A stretch of DNA of 64,000 nucleotides from Iphione sp. A-MEVVRFRX5. Its lineage: Eukaryota. The notes under the pieces are model-generated. The model was not told the origin of the DNA. It made no database searches and saw only the letters and a list, made by a program, of their open reading frames with translations. The stretch is from contig OZ320314.1 of the NCBI GenBank assembly GCA_976226885.1, positions 34,348,001-34,412,000 of the forward strand, in the 5' to 3' direction. The position numbers and the translations under genes are program-made. How positions within the stretch are numbered: position 1 is the first letter of the stretch; each line of letters begins with the position of its first letter. This document shows, one piece after another, positions 27,581-39,553 of this stretch.

Positions 27581-30500
27581 TAGATGTTCCTGATTTTATA
27601 TATACAGTGCCTATGACCTGGGTACATGGTGATAGCCACCCACCACCTCTTGCATTTGGGTGCAGACTTCCCGGCGTCTGGCCCTGGACGTTGGTTTTAA
27701 CCCATACATGTACATGGACATACTGCCTTGGGGGAGAACTAGTGTGACCATAGGACTTTCAAAGGTTAATATAAGTATTATAGGTCACAATGGAAGAACA
27801 TTAGTCGTCAAGGGGGTTTAACATTGCATTGAGGTCCAATGGCAAGATCGCGACGTGCCCCTCATGGTCATTTTCTGAACATCAGCTTTTTTTCAGCAAT
27901 GAAAAATGACGACATCCGTTAGATCCCCAAGCAGATGGCCTTATGGCCCAGTTCACCCGTTCAGCATCAGCTATGCCAAGCGACGCGGCCAGCCCCAACT
28001 GTGGCTAGGTTCAAACGGGGCCAGTCCCTCAGTTGTGTCATAAATGTGCCAGCACAATAGCAGACATCCTGGAAAAAGCGGCAGAAATGGGGTGCTTTGC
28101 ATTCGCGTCATGACCACCCTATAAGCGGGCGAACCAGCAAAGCAGAGAGCGCCTCTGAACAGAATGATTTGAGTGGCAGTGTTCATCGGGGAGACTAATC
28201 AACACAACACAGGCGTGGCTGCTGCTAGGCGAAATGTGCACAATCGGCTTCCTCGGGGGTTTAGAGTCATTCCGACTGGGAGCTGCTGAGTTTCTATCGG
28301 CAGCCTCCACATATGGCTCTGGCTGTCTTCCTCGGCTTCCTGACGCGCAGGTCCGCGTGCATATCGGGACCCGCCGTTAGTATGCACCGAAATGCCCGAA
28401 TCGCATTTGGGAGAAAGCACCGCAAACATGCTCCAGTAAGAACCCCACCCCCTCCCCCCTTCCCTCCTTCCCCGCCACGCGTTGACCGAGAATGTAGTCT
28501 GGCGTAAGATGGAAAGCACAGTAAGTGATGAGCGCCTCAGAGAGCGCAACATTCACCGCCATAAGCGATTCTCTTCCCACGGGGGGTGCATCCTTGAGAA
28601 CATCCCGCGGGCTCGCCGAAAGGGAAAGCCTTCAGGGTTCGAGGACTCCTCCCCCAGATGAAGCAAACTTTTGTTACCCTCCACAACAGGCCCAGCTTAT
28701 ATCAAGTCAAAGGAGCCTCGGAGGACTGTTTTTGGTGTTGTTCTGCGGAATATTGAGGTTGATCCCGACGATAAGACTAAATGAGGATACAGCACCAACT
28801 TCTTCTCTGTAGGGTGGTCGGGTAGTGCAAGATCTGCGACATGGGATTAGAAACTCCCTCGTCTGGTGTCTAGGCCATCCAGGGAAATCAGCCAATTACT
28901 TCACACTGGCTTTCGCTCCAAACCCCGATGGATGGAGAAGCAGAAATGCTGTTTAATATGTATCAGGACACAAAGTGGCCAAATTAAGAAACTCCAACTA
29001 TGTTTATAGATAGCGTACAAATGCAAAGGATTCACAATTTCAGCCATTCATTCTGACTTAGGAAATTCAGCGACGTCAAAAGGGCAAGGCAGTAAAAGGA
29101 AGTCTCATCATGAGCTTGTCAAAAACACCATCATTCTGACTTAAAGTATCTATATATAATCAAGTAATGCAACACATTACCGGGTAGAAATGGTGTTTTA
29201 TAGTTTCAAACCAAACTAACAGTAGATTAAAACGAAATGTGCTGCTTATCTTGCGCATGCATCCGAATTGCTTTTCTAGATAATCACAGACAGTAATGAG
29301 AAACTGCAAGTATGAGGCTGCATCGTGGACAACAACATTCATTGACTTTTGTAACGAGCGCTTTTTGTCAAACGTCATTTTTGAGAAAAAGTATTGAGCA
29401 AGTTGCGAAGTGCAATATACAACTCTATCCAAACCTATATTGCATTTAACAGAAAGCGAGAATTGCTGAGACATTCGACATTGGGTGAAGCTTTAAATTC
29501 ATGCCTGGCGCACGAAAGCCATAAACAGGCGGACTTTCCGTCTATCATGCCCTGGGATTGGTCTACTGTGTGGTGGCTATGCAGTAAACCCACAGGGACG
29601 AGCAGGAGCATGCAATTTTGATATCACCTCAATGCAATAGAAATGACTAGCGCCGGTTGCACAGTCAGGTTCAACACCCGAGACCGATGTGTACCTCGGC
29701 GACGCCCCCGTTTCATCAGCATCTCAAATAAGGGCTTTTATGCTGCTAATATTGGCGAGAAGTGGCCGAGTTCTCACCCCTTTCGTGGCCAAAAGAGAAG
29801 CCATACCCCACTCGTGTCTTCTTCACATGGTTTGGCTGGGCTGCGGCGATTGGTCAGATTCACCAGAGATTCGACATAACCATGCTCCGGCTCGAGGCCC
29901 CAATGGCTTGTCAGAGTCTTGTATGCAGCCTATCTGGGGCCGCCAATGAATTCAGAATTCCGGCCCCAGACAGCCCCTTTCGGTTTCTTTATCTTGCTGG
30001 CCTTCGCGCCGGTCACACATGCAACTGAGCAAACTTTATTAAGGGTTAGAAATAGAGGACAATTTCGTGTAATATCGAGGCGATGGCCACAGTAGATTGG
30101 ATTGACCAGGACGAGGCAATACAATTCTCTGATATCAAGACGGATAAGATAAAGTCGGTCATTTCGCAGGGCCAACACTCCATTTTGCCCTGGACCAGTG
30201 CGTTTCTATTTGATTACCTTATTATATAGAAATGGTACTGCCTTCTAACTGCATTAGGTCGGTTGGGAGTGGCGAGCCAAGGACAAGGGTCGACGGTCGG
30301 CTCAGACAGACACATAGGCTCAGGGTGCAGTCGAGGCGCATAGATCGGTTCTATCAACAAGTACAGTGTAGTCTTCGTCCAAAAGGCTGACAAGAACACA
30401 CAGTAGGCCAAACAATATGGCATTGGCAAAAACACGAAGATGAACGAGCAAAAAAAAACCATTCCCATTCCTATTATACACCTAGGAGGGTTGCCTGTTT

Positions 30501-31830
30501 TCTTGCAAATCTATTCGCCATGAAGCATAAATCATCGCGTCTGGAGAACAACCTTCCTCTGAGGGACTATGCTAACTTTCAGTCCCCGAAGCGTTGTATT
30601 AAGTATGTTTTACAGAATTGTTAGCTGCCCCGAATATTTAGAATATCTGCCGAGATAAAATTATCATAGTTCACCAATAAATTACCTCGTTGTTAAGTAG
30701 GGACCACTGGAACAGCAAGAGTCCCACGAAAGCGGACCTTTGCGGGGGCAAAGTTGGTTTTCACGTGGACTGTGGTTACCAGACTGATGGGTTTTCTTGA
30801 CGGTTATCCTGTTGGAACAGTGGGCACCCTGACAAGCATGAACACAGAATGTACTTCCGGATAATGGCCTCTGGGTCCACTATAGTTGTTTGTATTGTTT
30901 CTCCTTCTGCTCTGATGGTCACTGAAGCTCCTTGCGCATCTGCTAGAATTAGATGCCTCTGAAGCATAAAATGAGTAGAAAGCCATTTCTTTTGTTCATG
31001 GACGCGTACACATAGACAGTGCAAGTTCGCTTTCATTCCGTTAAATAAAAAGCTGTCCAAATGATAGGAATGCTATAAAGGCAAATGGTGTTATTCAGGG
31101 CATTCCACATCCTGAAGAAATACCACGTAAATAACCTGGCAGGTCCCCAGGGTGAAAACATCAATACAAAACGATCACTCAGAGAAACAGATCCTGGTCA
31201 GGACTAAAACATCGTGAAAGAGCCTCCTGTCCCAGTGGACAAGAATATGTTAGAAATTGATGGATGGCCTTGGCTAGGGCATGCCCTTCCCAGCTGCTGC
31301 TACCACATATACTTGGGCTATTTGGCGACCGGGGAATCGATGGCTACCCAGCCAAAGCTCTCTCAGGCACCTGCTGGAGAGGAAACCTGATCACGGTATA
31401 CGCTGGCCGCGGCAATTATATAAAACAAAAACACATTTCATTACCATAAAACATATGATATCATCGCGTATTATCGGCATGTCAGGTCGGATATGCATAT
31501 CCATTGTGTACGTTGCTGAAGACGAAATCCGCTCGCAGTAGGAAAGTGATTCGGACAATGAGAAGCAATAGCAGATATGAATGTTTAAATATGTGAGTGT
31601 AAAGAGAACAAAAGCGCTGCTGTGCCTCCCAGTTGGGTGACCTGTGGTCACCGTGAGTGCTCCATCTCGGTGGGTGGGTCTCTGGTGGCTGCCAGGGGCC
31701 AGTAACGACACCCAGGAGTGGCCAGCCCTTGATGGGTACAAATGTACATAAGGCCGCCATAGGTTCCCGCTAGCCTGATAAGGCAGACTATGCCTCCTGC
31801 ATTCATTGGCTTTTCCCGCACACTTACCAG

Positions 31831-31869
31831 TGCTTCTGTCCCTTCCATTTGTTCATTTTCCAGGTACGT
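31831..31869 (+). other. Candidate recursive splice site (3' splice site immediately followed by a 5' splice site)
   Basis: 25 of 30 nt are pyrimidines (31831-31860) with no AG, then CAG|GTACGT. A CTTAC branch-like motif lies at 31823-31827. Confidence 0.3.
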
Positions 31870-32261
31870 ATCAGCTGCTCCCAGTCGGAATTTCTTTTGA
31901 GAAAGTGAGGCATTCTTTCTCGACACGTTTCGCTCAATACCGCTGTTCAACAGGATTTCAGTCACGGTTTCTGACTCGGTTTCCAAATAAGCAATCGTGC
32001 ACTGACATCAGTCTGACCTCTAATACAAGATGTGAACAGAGACTTACGAAATAATTTTGCGATATGTATAAAATGTTATATCTGGACCGATGCCTTAACC
32101 CCTTCCTGACCGCAAAAAAATGAGTGTTTTGGAATAGGTGACAATAGTTTTACACAATGTATAGCTACAAAGTTTAATACATGGGATTCTTTGTTGTATT
32201 ATACATCAGCTAAAAGCCCTTGGATTGCATGTTATTTTTAAAACATGATTTCTTACATTTG

Positions 32262-32275
32262 GTTGCCATGGCAAC
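32262..32275. promoter_or_regulatory. Perfect palindromic RFX X-box (GTTGCCATGGCAAC)
   Basis: Exact 14-bp match to the canonical RFX consensus. The motif itself is certain; its function is not, because it lies in an AT-rich, possibly repeat-derived block. Confidence 0.5.
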
Positions 32276-33058
32276 AAGACTGGATTGAAAGTCTGAGATA
32301 ATTTCACAAATTTACATCAAATTTACCTTAATTTACATTACTTGAAGGTAAACCTTTAAAAATATTGTACCTAGAAGAGAAAGTTCCATTAACAAAGTGT
32401 CCAGCAGGTGATTTCCAGATTTTGATACCTAAATTGTCCCTGTATGCAATCTGAAACACATTTGGTGAAGACCTGTAACTATACATGTTTTGTGCAAAAT
32501 AGTGCATCATGGTATGCATAAGCATCACAGATGCAGATTTGATGCATCATAGGATATATAAGAATAGAAATTATCATAATAGCTTTGAAAATAATCAAAT
32601 ATGACTTATAACAAAATAAACTATGAATTTCTTCATCAATTCAATGGCATAAATTGACAAAGAAAGTCTCTTTTGCATAAAAGGAATATTTTTATCTTTT
32701 TATCTTACCAATACATTGAAAACATTTATATTAAGAAAATAGCTTGAAGAAACGCTGACGATAATAAGTCAGAGTTATAATTATGGATGCCATACTGAGT
32801 GCTGTTAGGGTTTCGACGAATATACATCAAAAGCTCAATAGTAAAATGTAATGTATTGTGGGTGTAAATAGCTTGGGATGCAAACCTGTTTAAAGTGGTT
32901 TCGTATTTCCTAATAGATGTATTGTGCATTGCTCTTTGAGCAAAGCAAAATATGTAGAAAAACATAGGGAATTTGAACATTTATTGTAAAGGTTTCGGAG
33001 GTGAATATGCTAAAAAATGTGCGATTGAAGTCTGCAAACACGTGTTCCAGGGACCTGT

Positions 33059-33168
33059 AGTCTTAAATTCGATGGAATCTAGATAGTATCCCGCGAAGTT
33101 GGTCGTGAGGCTTAGTCTTAAATTCAATGGAATCAAGATAGTATCCCGCGAAGTTGGTCGTGAGGCTT
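33059..33168. repeat. Tandem duplication of a 55-bp unit (2 copies, 53/55 identical)
   Basis: AGTCTTAAATTC(G/A)ATGGAATC(T/A)AGATAGTATCCCGCGAAGTTGGTCGTGAGGCTT at 33059-33113 and 33114-33168. Confidence 0.97.
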
Positions 33169-36100
33169 CTGTTAGACGTGTTACTTGGCCATATCTCATT
33201 GTCCATAGGATGCTGTAGTGTGGCGTTGAAAGCAGTGGAGGCGGTTGCTTTGCTCGGGTGTCTGGTCTGGTGTCCAGGGGGTAAGTGGCTCATGTCGGAC
33301 CCCGGACCACCCTGTGTATGTATACGGCGCATGTGCAAACAAGGTTGTCTGGACGGGTCAGAGTGTGCCGTCTGTCCTCAGCCCGCCTGCCTACTGCCCA
33401 GCGCCACGCTTTGTCAGGTGTTCTAGGTAATCATCCCGAACACAGACAAGGCCATGACTGACAATGAGCCATGCCATGGCCATGTAGCGTTCCAACTGAC
33501 ATTGCCAATATGGAATAGTCATGTCGAAACCCTCTGAACCCCACACTCAAAAGCCTAAGGTAATCGGGAGCACTACGAGTGACTAGATGAAGGCAATTGT
33601 AGTTTTTAGTAAAGAAGACATTTGATGTGGTATGCATTTCTCGCAGTATCAGTTTGCAGCATAATTCTAGGTTGTGTGGTGGTTTGACAAGATCGTAACG
33701 TCTGCGATGGGTCGCCTACCGGACCTCCTTCTATCAGCAGACGAAGCCGTACGGCTAAGACCTCTTGACGGATGCCCTTCATACATAAGATATGAATTGG
33801 CCATGTGATAGCGGGTAGCCCCATTGACTAGGGGAGAGTGGCCATTGGCCATTACCCCCTGCTTTAGTGACCCCTCTCACCCGGCACACATCAATCCCTG
33901 CGTCCCGCCCTCCGTCGGCAACATCACTACGTCACCATTTAAATGCTGTTCTCCGAAATCCGACAGGGGAAAAAAATCCTAGTCCTCTATTGATCCTGTT
34001 TGGTATAATAGCACCTTGTGCGAGAAGCGAATCACCACAGGAATTGCCTACGTTAAGAAGCAAATCAAGCCCATACGTAGTCGAGCCATGTCATCACTCG
34101 TCCGGTAGGAGACTAGACCTCCTTTAAGTATTCCCCGGGGGGACATTTGGCTTTAGAGGTGGCCCATGCCGTGTCGCCGATCCACATAAAAGGCGTCGCA
34201 GCAAGGATGCAGGGATCATACAGGGCAGGCGTGAGACACTGAGGCCAGGTGAGCTGTCGTGGATACACACTTGCCAGAGTGATCAGGCCATGCCTTTCTC
34301 TCACCTGGGGTTGCAGCTGACAATCGCGAGTCCAATGCCCATCCTTCTCAACCATTTTGTTGGTCACCCCTCTTTCATCCAATGGCACTGGCGAGACAGC
34401 GCCATTAAAGGTGGTACGTGCCTAGAGGCAATAAAACACCATTTCCTTATCGTCCTCCCTTGGTTGATGTCTCCTGTGGGTAACAACACTTTTTGGCTTT
34501 AAAGTAGGCTGTACCAGCACTCCAGTTGGCTTTGATGGGTTCTGGTTTGACATTTTAAGATCCTCCTTTAGGGCTTAGAACCTCTAGTATCATTTTATGC
34601 ATTCTCAGTATGGAAGACCGGCCCGTCTCCAGACCAAGACCAATTTAAGTAGGATAGTAGAATACATGTATATATTACTAGCCTTTTACTAGACTTTTTA
34701 TTTTGGTAATGCACGAAAGGGAGAGCAGCCCAATGGCTGATAATACTGAGTCATTCTGACTGTTTCTATTCCTGTGTTCTTCGATTAACCAACCAATAAA
34801 TCACAGGTACTATAACTGCAGGTAATTCACACTGCCTCACCTGAGCCGCTCTTGCCATGTGAGGTGGTCTACCTGTGCATCTGCTTACTCCGACCAGAAA
34901 AGAACCTCACCGTGAGCAAAATTGAACGTTTTCACAACTAAATGTACCCGTGGTAAAACCGTAGTGAAATTCCCGATGAGAACGAACATATTAATCTTTT
35001 CCAACCCATACATGAGGGAATACTATTTTGATTATTCAGTCTTTGGAGGAAAATATCTCGGTTAGACTTGTTTTTCATGTACGATTTATTTTGTTTATTC
35101 AGATACTTAATGTTTTATATGTAAATCCATTGCCAATCAGGTAAGGGATGGAAGTGCGCATTCTCGTGGTCATTTAGGGATCTTAGAAAAAAAACCGGCG
35201 TGCTATTCAGTAATGTGATTCTAAAAATAGAACCCAGACACGAGTGCTTCCCGGTTATCCATTGAACCTGGAGCGTGGACCATCCAACATGGCCAACAAA
35301 AGATACGCGCCATTTCCTGTATACACATGGATTCACAAATTGGCATGGGCTCATAGTGTCTGCTCATTTTTCATGGGTAACATCCAGAGCTAAATGCATC
35401 GGGCTATAATAATCGAGTAGACTGTCCGCTTGTCGTCAGCCAGGGACGCAGACATTAGGGCGGGGGGCACCTTTCATAATGTTGTAGTTATATTCAATTC
35501 CTGGTTGGAAGAGGCTACAAAAGGCAGGTGATAATTACACTAGACCGGGCGATGTCAGTCGGTGCGCCTAAGGGCCCGGGACATTCAGGATTATCCCTGC
35601 AAAGGACTCCCACCTCATAGAAGTTTAGGTGCTTTCCTTTACTATGCTTTTGAAGGCAGGATGTTGTGCTTTGGTATGTGTTTGAGGGTAAATTTGATTA
35701 AATCACAGTTCTTTATATATTCTACATATGTGTATTAAATTGGTTCATTTGACCATTATTTGCTTCTCTTTGGCTTATCTTGAAATAGTTTCCTGAAGAA
35801 TACATAAAGGCCTTCGTTCATTCTCAAACCTCATATCCAACGAATAATGGACAAGTAACTGTAGTATATATAGGGATATACAAATGCTTTCTTAAAAAAT
35901 TATTCTCCTGCTGTAGCGGAGTACGGTTCTTTTTGGGCATGAGGCAGTTTCCTCTAGATAGTGAGCATGACTTGTCCGTTAGCGGCAACAACATTCACTT
36001 CTGATGCAGGTAGTGAAAGTCGGTAGAGATACATCCGATCTTTCATTTCCGAGGTAATCCACAAACATGGTCTTACATATATATGTTTACATATCGTTAT

Positions 36101-38951
36101 ACTGTGTATTGATGCTCTCTGAGAACAGAGTTGTGGTGGACGTAACACTATAAACCGCCAATTATTGCGGGCCCTGGTGAGCAGATTGCATAGAATTATA
36201 AACGTACGCGCATATTCATCTTGTGCACACTTACACATCAAATTGGTTTAAGGGACAACATGTGAATGAAATAATTTTGCTGCCATGTTCATACCATGCC
36301 AGCAGATGACCTCGTACAACACAAATGACGTATAAAAATATTTGTATCTGTTCCCTGTGCATTTTTAGAAATCCAACGACGAATGCTCTCAATCTTACAC
36401 TGCCATGTCAAGGACAGGAAAGGAGACCCCTGACCTGATAACCCAGTCCCTCACTTTCCTCCTAATGACAAACTACCCTCCAATTGGCTCGATGCCAATT
36501 TGCCTGAATATGATCAGCGAAAGAACGAGATCAATTAGTCATCGACCTCGGCGATTGTAAAAGATGGCGGACCGAGAGACGCCCGGTATAGGTTAAATCC
36601 CTGTGAAGCTGTGTTTGTGCGTATTTCTGTCGTGAGCGTTTAGGTGAAAAATATGAGTCATCAGGGTACGAGTAGCTGCGTAGGAAATTATACTATATCA
36701 GTTTCAGAGATACGTTTTAGCCTCTGGCATAGTTCCGACACGGGTGAGGAACGCCAATACGTTTTATACATGACGGCATCGCGATGTTCTATCTACGAGA
36801 GGAAATTGATGAAACATGCAGTAGATGTTCTAAGGTTTCGTTCAAGATTACGTTCAAGGTGTTCTAAAAAATTGCTTTAACTGCTGGTCCGTGCACGGAC
36901 ACTGGCATAGAACATCGACGCAGACTTCCCCTTAATGCTAACCTACAAGCATGATGAAAGGTATCGTGTTAAAATTGACTTGCCACTAACAATTTTTCAG
37001 TTGTAATATTTGCATGGCCACGGTAGCACGTGATATAGCAATATATTCAGGCAGTGGCCAGGGGAAAAAATGGTGAATAGCAGGAGTGCGTCTCTCGCGG
37101 GAAGGGATGGCTACGCATGGTAGCGGTGGTTTAGAAAGTTGTTCTGGCTGCTGGTTGCAGACGGCTTGTAGGCTGGCATGAATGATAGAAATACCTGTGG
37201 GAGTTGGCCAATGAATCATTGCGAGCTTTTAACTCTTGGTCTCCCACAGCTAGGCAACAGGAACCTGGAAACCATCGCTTGACCTGTGTGCCCTGCATGG
37301 GGTTCTGACTCCAGAACAGGACCGGCATTTACTCGAATTCCGGTTTTTGGAGTTGGGTCACAAGCAATTAAGATTCGTGTTCCTTCCGCGGTAGGAGAAG
37401 TATAAAGAAGGGTCGAGCTAAATTCCTTCCATTGTAATAAGAATAATAGCATGTACAATAAATTAAAAGGCGATAATGATCTTTTTATTTACAGTAAGCA
37501 ATTAATCTTGCTGATAAATTTCCACGTGTCACTACTTTGTTTCGCCTCTGTCAGTGAAAAATATTTTCTGCCCGTTCGGATTTTTATAGCTTAATGGGCC
37601 AGTAAAAGCTAAATGTTGTAAGCATTCACTGAAGTGCCCGTGAACAGCATAACCTCAAAAGGTTTCTCTCCGAACAGCGCATTATCCTTGAAAATTGTGC
37701 CCTATGTTAACCTGTGAAGTAACATTTTCTTTTTTGGTCAGGGTAATACATGACTAAAACAAGTGAACGGTGTAATGGAAGAACTGATTAAAGGCAAGAC
37801 AGAGGGGTAGCAGCGGGGAACGTTGTCGGATACGGACTGGGGAGGAGTGGACTTGAAAGGTGTCCGATTCGTGAAGTTCAGCTCGCAACGGCAATATTGC
37901 ACTTGGTACTTACAAGAATATTCCATACTTGGCGAGTGTTGTCGTGTTGGTGGAGAGCAAACATTCGGGCGATGGCATTGCTCATGCGGCGCCCGCTCAG
38001 TGCGCAGGCGTGACTCTGATGTCATATTTGCCCTGCCTGCTCTCACCTAGTAATCCGCAGCTTGTGTATAGAGGGCCAGACAAGCCTCATATTTCTCAAC
38101 AATTATCCACTGGAAAGTGTATACATTCTATCTGAAATAACGCTCACGGTCAATATTTAGTCTACCTAATAACGTCTGCTCTGCCAACACCGCGTCTGGG
38201 CGAAGGCTGTCCGCAATGGCTCCTCTGCACTATCATCATCGCTGCGTAACTCGGGAGAAAAACTTTTCCTTTTCACCTTACTAATAATCACATCTGTCAC
38301 CGACGACATAATCTCCCCATAGGGGGAAGGCGCAAAACTCTTGCACAGTCCCCAGTGCACATTCACCGTCGGGGAAGATTGTTAATACGGTGAAATATTT
38401 GTTCGTAAATTATATATTTTCAACGGGTGAAATAGTTAACCCTTAAAACTTACCAGCATAAAAAAGACAATTTAATCTGAGCTCAGAAAAGTTCGGCCTC
38501 ACCTCCACGTCTGCAAATCGCAGATTCCATGTACTACTTGACGCCTGGCCTGATGCGCAGTGCTGCCACACGGTGAGAAATTCGGACACAAATATTGCGA
38601 TGCTCCAGACGGGCCGGTAGTGTCCTTTTAAATAAAAGCCAGACTAATAGTCTGTAGGCACAAGAAAATGCTCTCAAGTACCAAAAACGTAATGGGCGCA
38701 AAAAGGAAACGGGAGGATACCCGCTTTTGAAAAAGAAGATAAAACCTATTCCATTAATTCCCATTATTTCATGACAGGTAACCGGTTGTCACTGTGACAT
38801 GACAGATCGGCTTATTTTATCGAGGCCAGCGCCACGGGGCTCGTGTCGGGGATCAACGAGTCTAGTGTTAATTTCCTTCAATGGCCTTTCCTTCTGGAAG
38901 ATGTCCAGATTCCGAAGATGCTACCTTCCTGATGTATACACATAAAAAAAT

Positions 38952-39025
38952 ACACACACACACAAAGGAACCACCGTTGACACGTTCACTCCCCCCCCCA
39001 CACACACACACACACATACACACAC
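38952..39025. repeat. Interrupted (CA)n microsatellites with a C9 run
   Basis: ACACACACACACA at 38952-38964; C9 then a CA run with one TA interruption at 38991-39025. Confidence 0.85.
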
Positions 39026-39527
39026 TCATCCTTGGGTAAGGACCTGCTTTCATCGGCTGCTCGTGGCAATCCATTTCTAGATTATATGCCCACCTTTCGG
39101 GTCGAATGCTAGGTCATCACTCCTAATCCGACATGCCGACTCCAACACAGTCAACCGTCCGACCCACAGCACCCTATCTCACATGCCACTTGATAAGAGA
39201 GATCCGATTTTGGCCGGATGTCGGCGTATTTTTAAGCGCCCTTTATTTTTCCTCGGCAAAAATGCAAACATCATTAGTGCATTGGGCGCCCGCTGCCCTG
39301 AACTCGTCGGTAGCCGCATAAACTCATTGCTGGCCTTGTTTCGGCGTTGCGCGACCCCATGCCCGCCGGCCGGCCTCACTTATTCAGTGCTCGTCCACTT
39401 GTAATCTTGTTGCATTTTGCCCGCACCCCGGGAATATCAGTTTCACATGCCAATTGCCGTCGGCACCTGAGTTGCATGTAGAATCGCCCCAGCGCACTCG
39501 ATCACATTCCCTCAATCTAAAAGGAGA

Positions 39528-39553
39528 GGGTAGGGGGTGGTGGGTGGGGAGGG
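39528..39553 (+). other. G-quadruplex-forming motif
   Basis: GGGTAGGGGGTGGTGGGTGGGGAGGG has five G3+ tracts with 1-4 nt loops. Confidence 0.7.

Noticed and set aside
28509-28661. 50-aa basic small ORF with a good Kozak context (MESTVSDERLRERNIHRHKRF...)
   Set aside because: No homology recognised and no promoter or transcript evidence; such ORFs are expected by chance.
31648-31986. Minus-strand ORF with a protein-like E/T-rich start and an internal CTG|GTAAGT donor
   Set aside because: TTG start, an in-frame TGA just upstream, no pyrimidine-rich acceptor, and no family match (KPMNAG only superficially resembles the HMG RPMNAF motif).
37895-37905. 11-nt match to the 5' end of miR-92 (TATTGCACTTG); similar partial hits to miR-34 (14581), miR-210 (about 19789) and miR-263/183 (34381)
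   Set aside because: Each diverges after 11-12 nt and none has a pre-miRNA hairpin.
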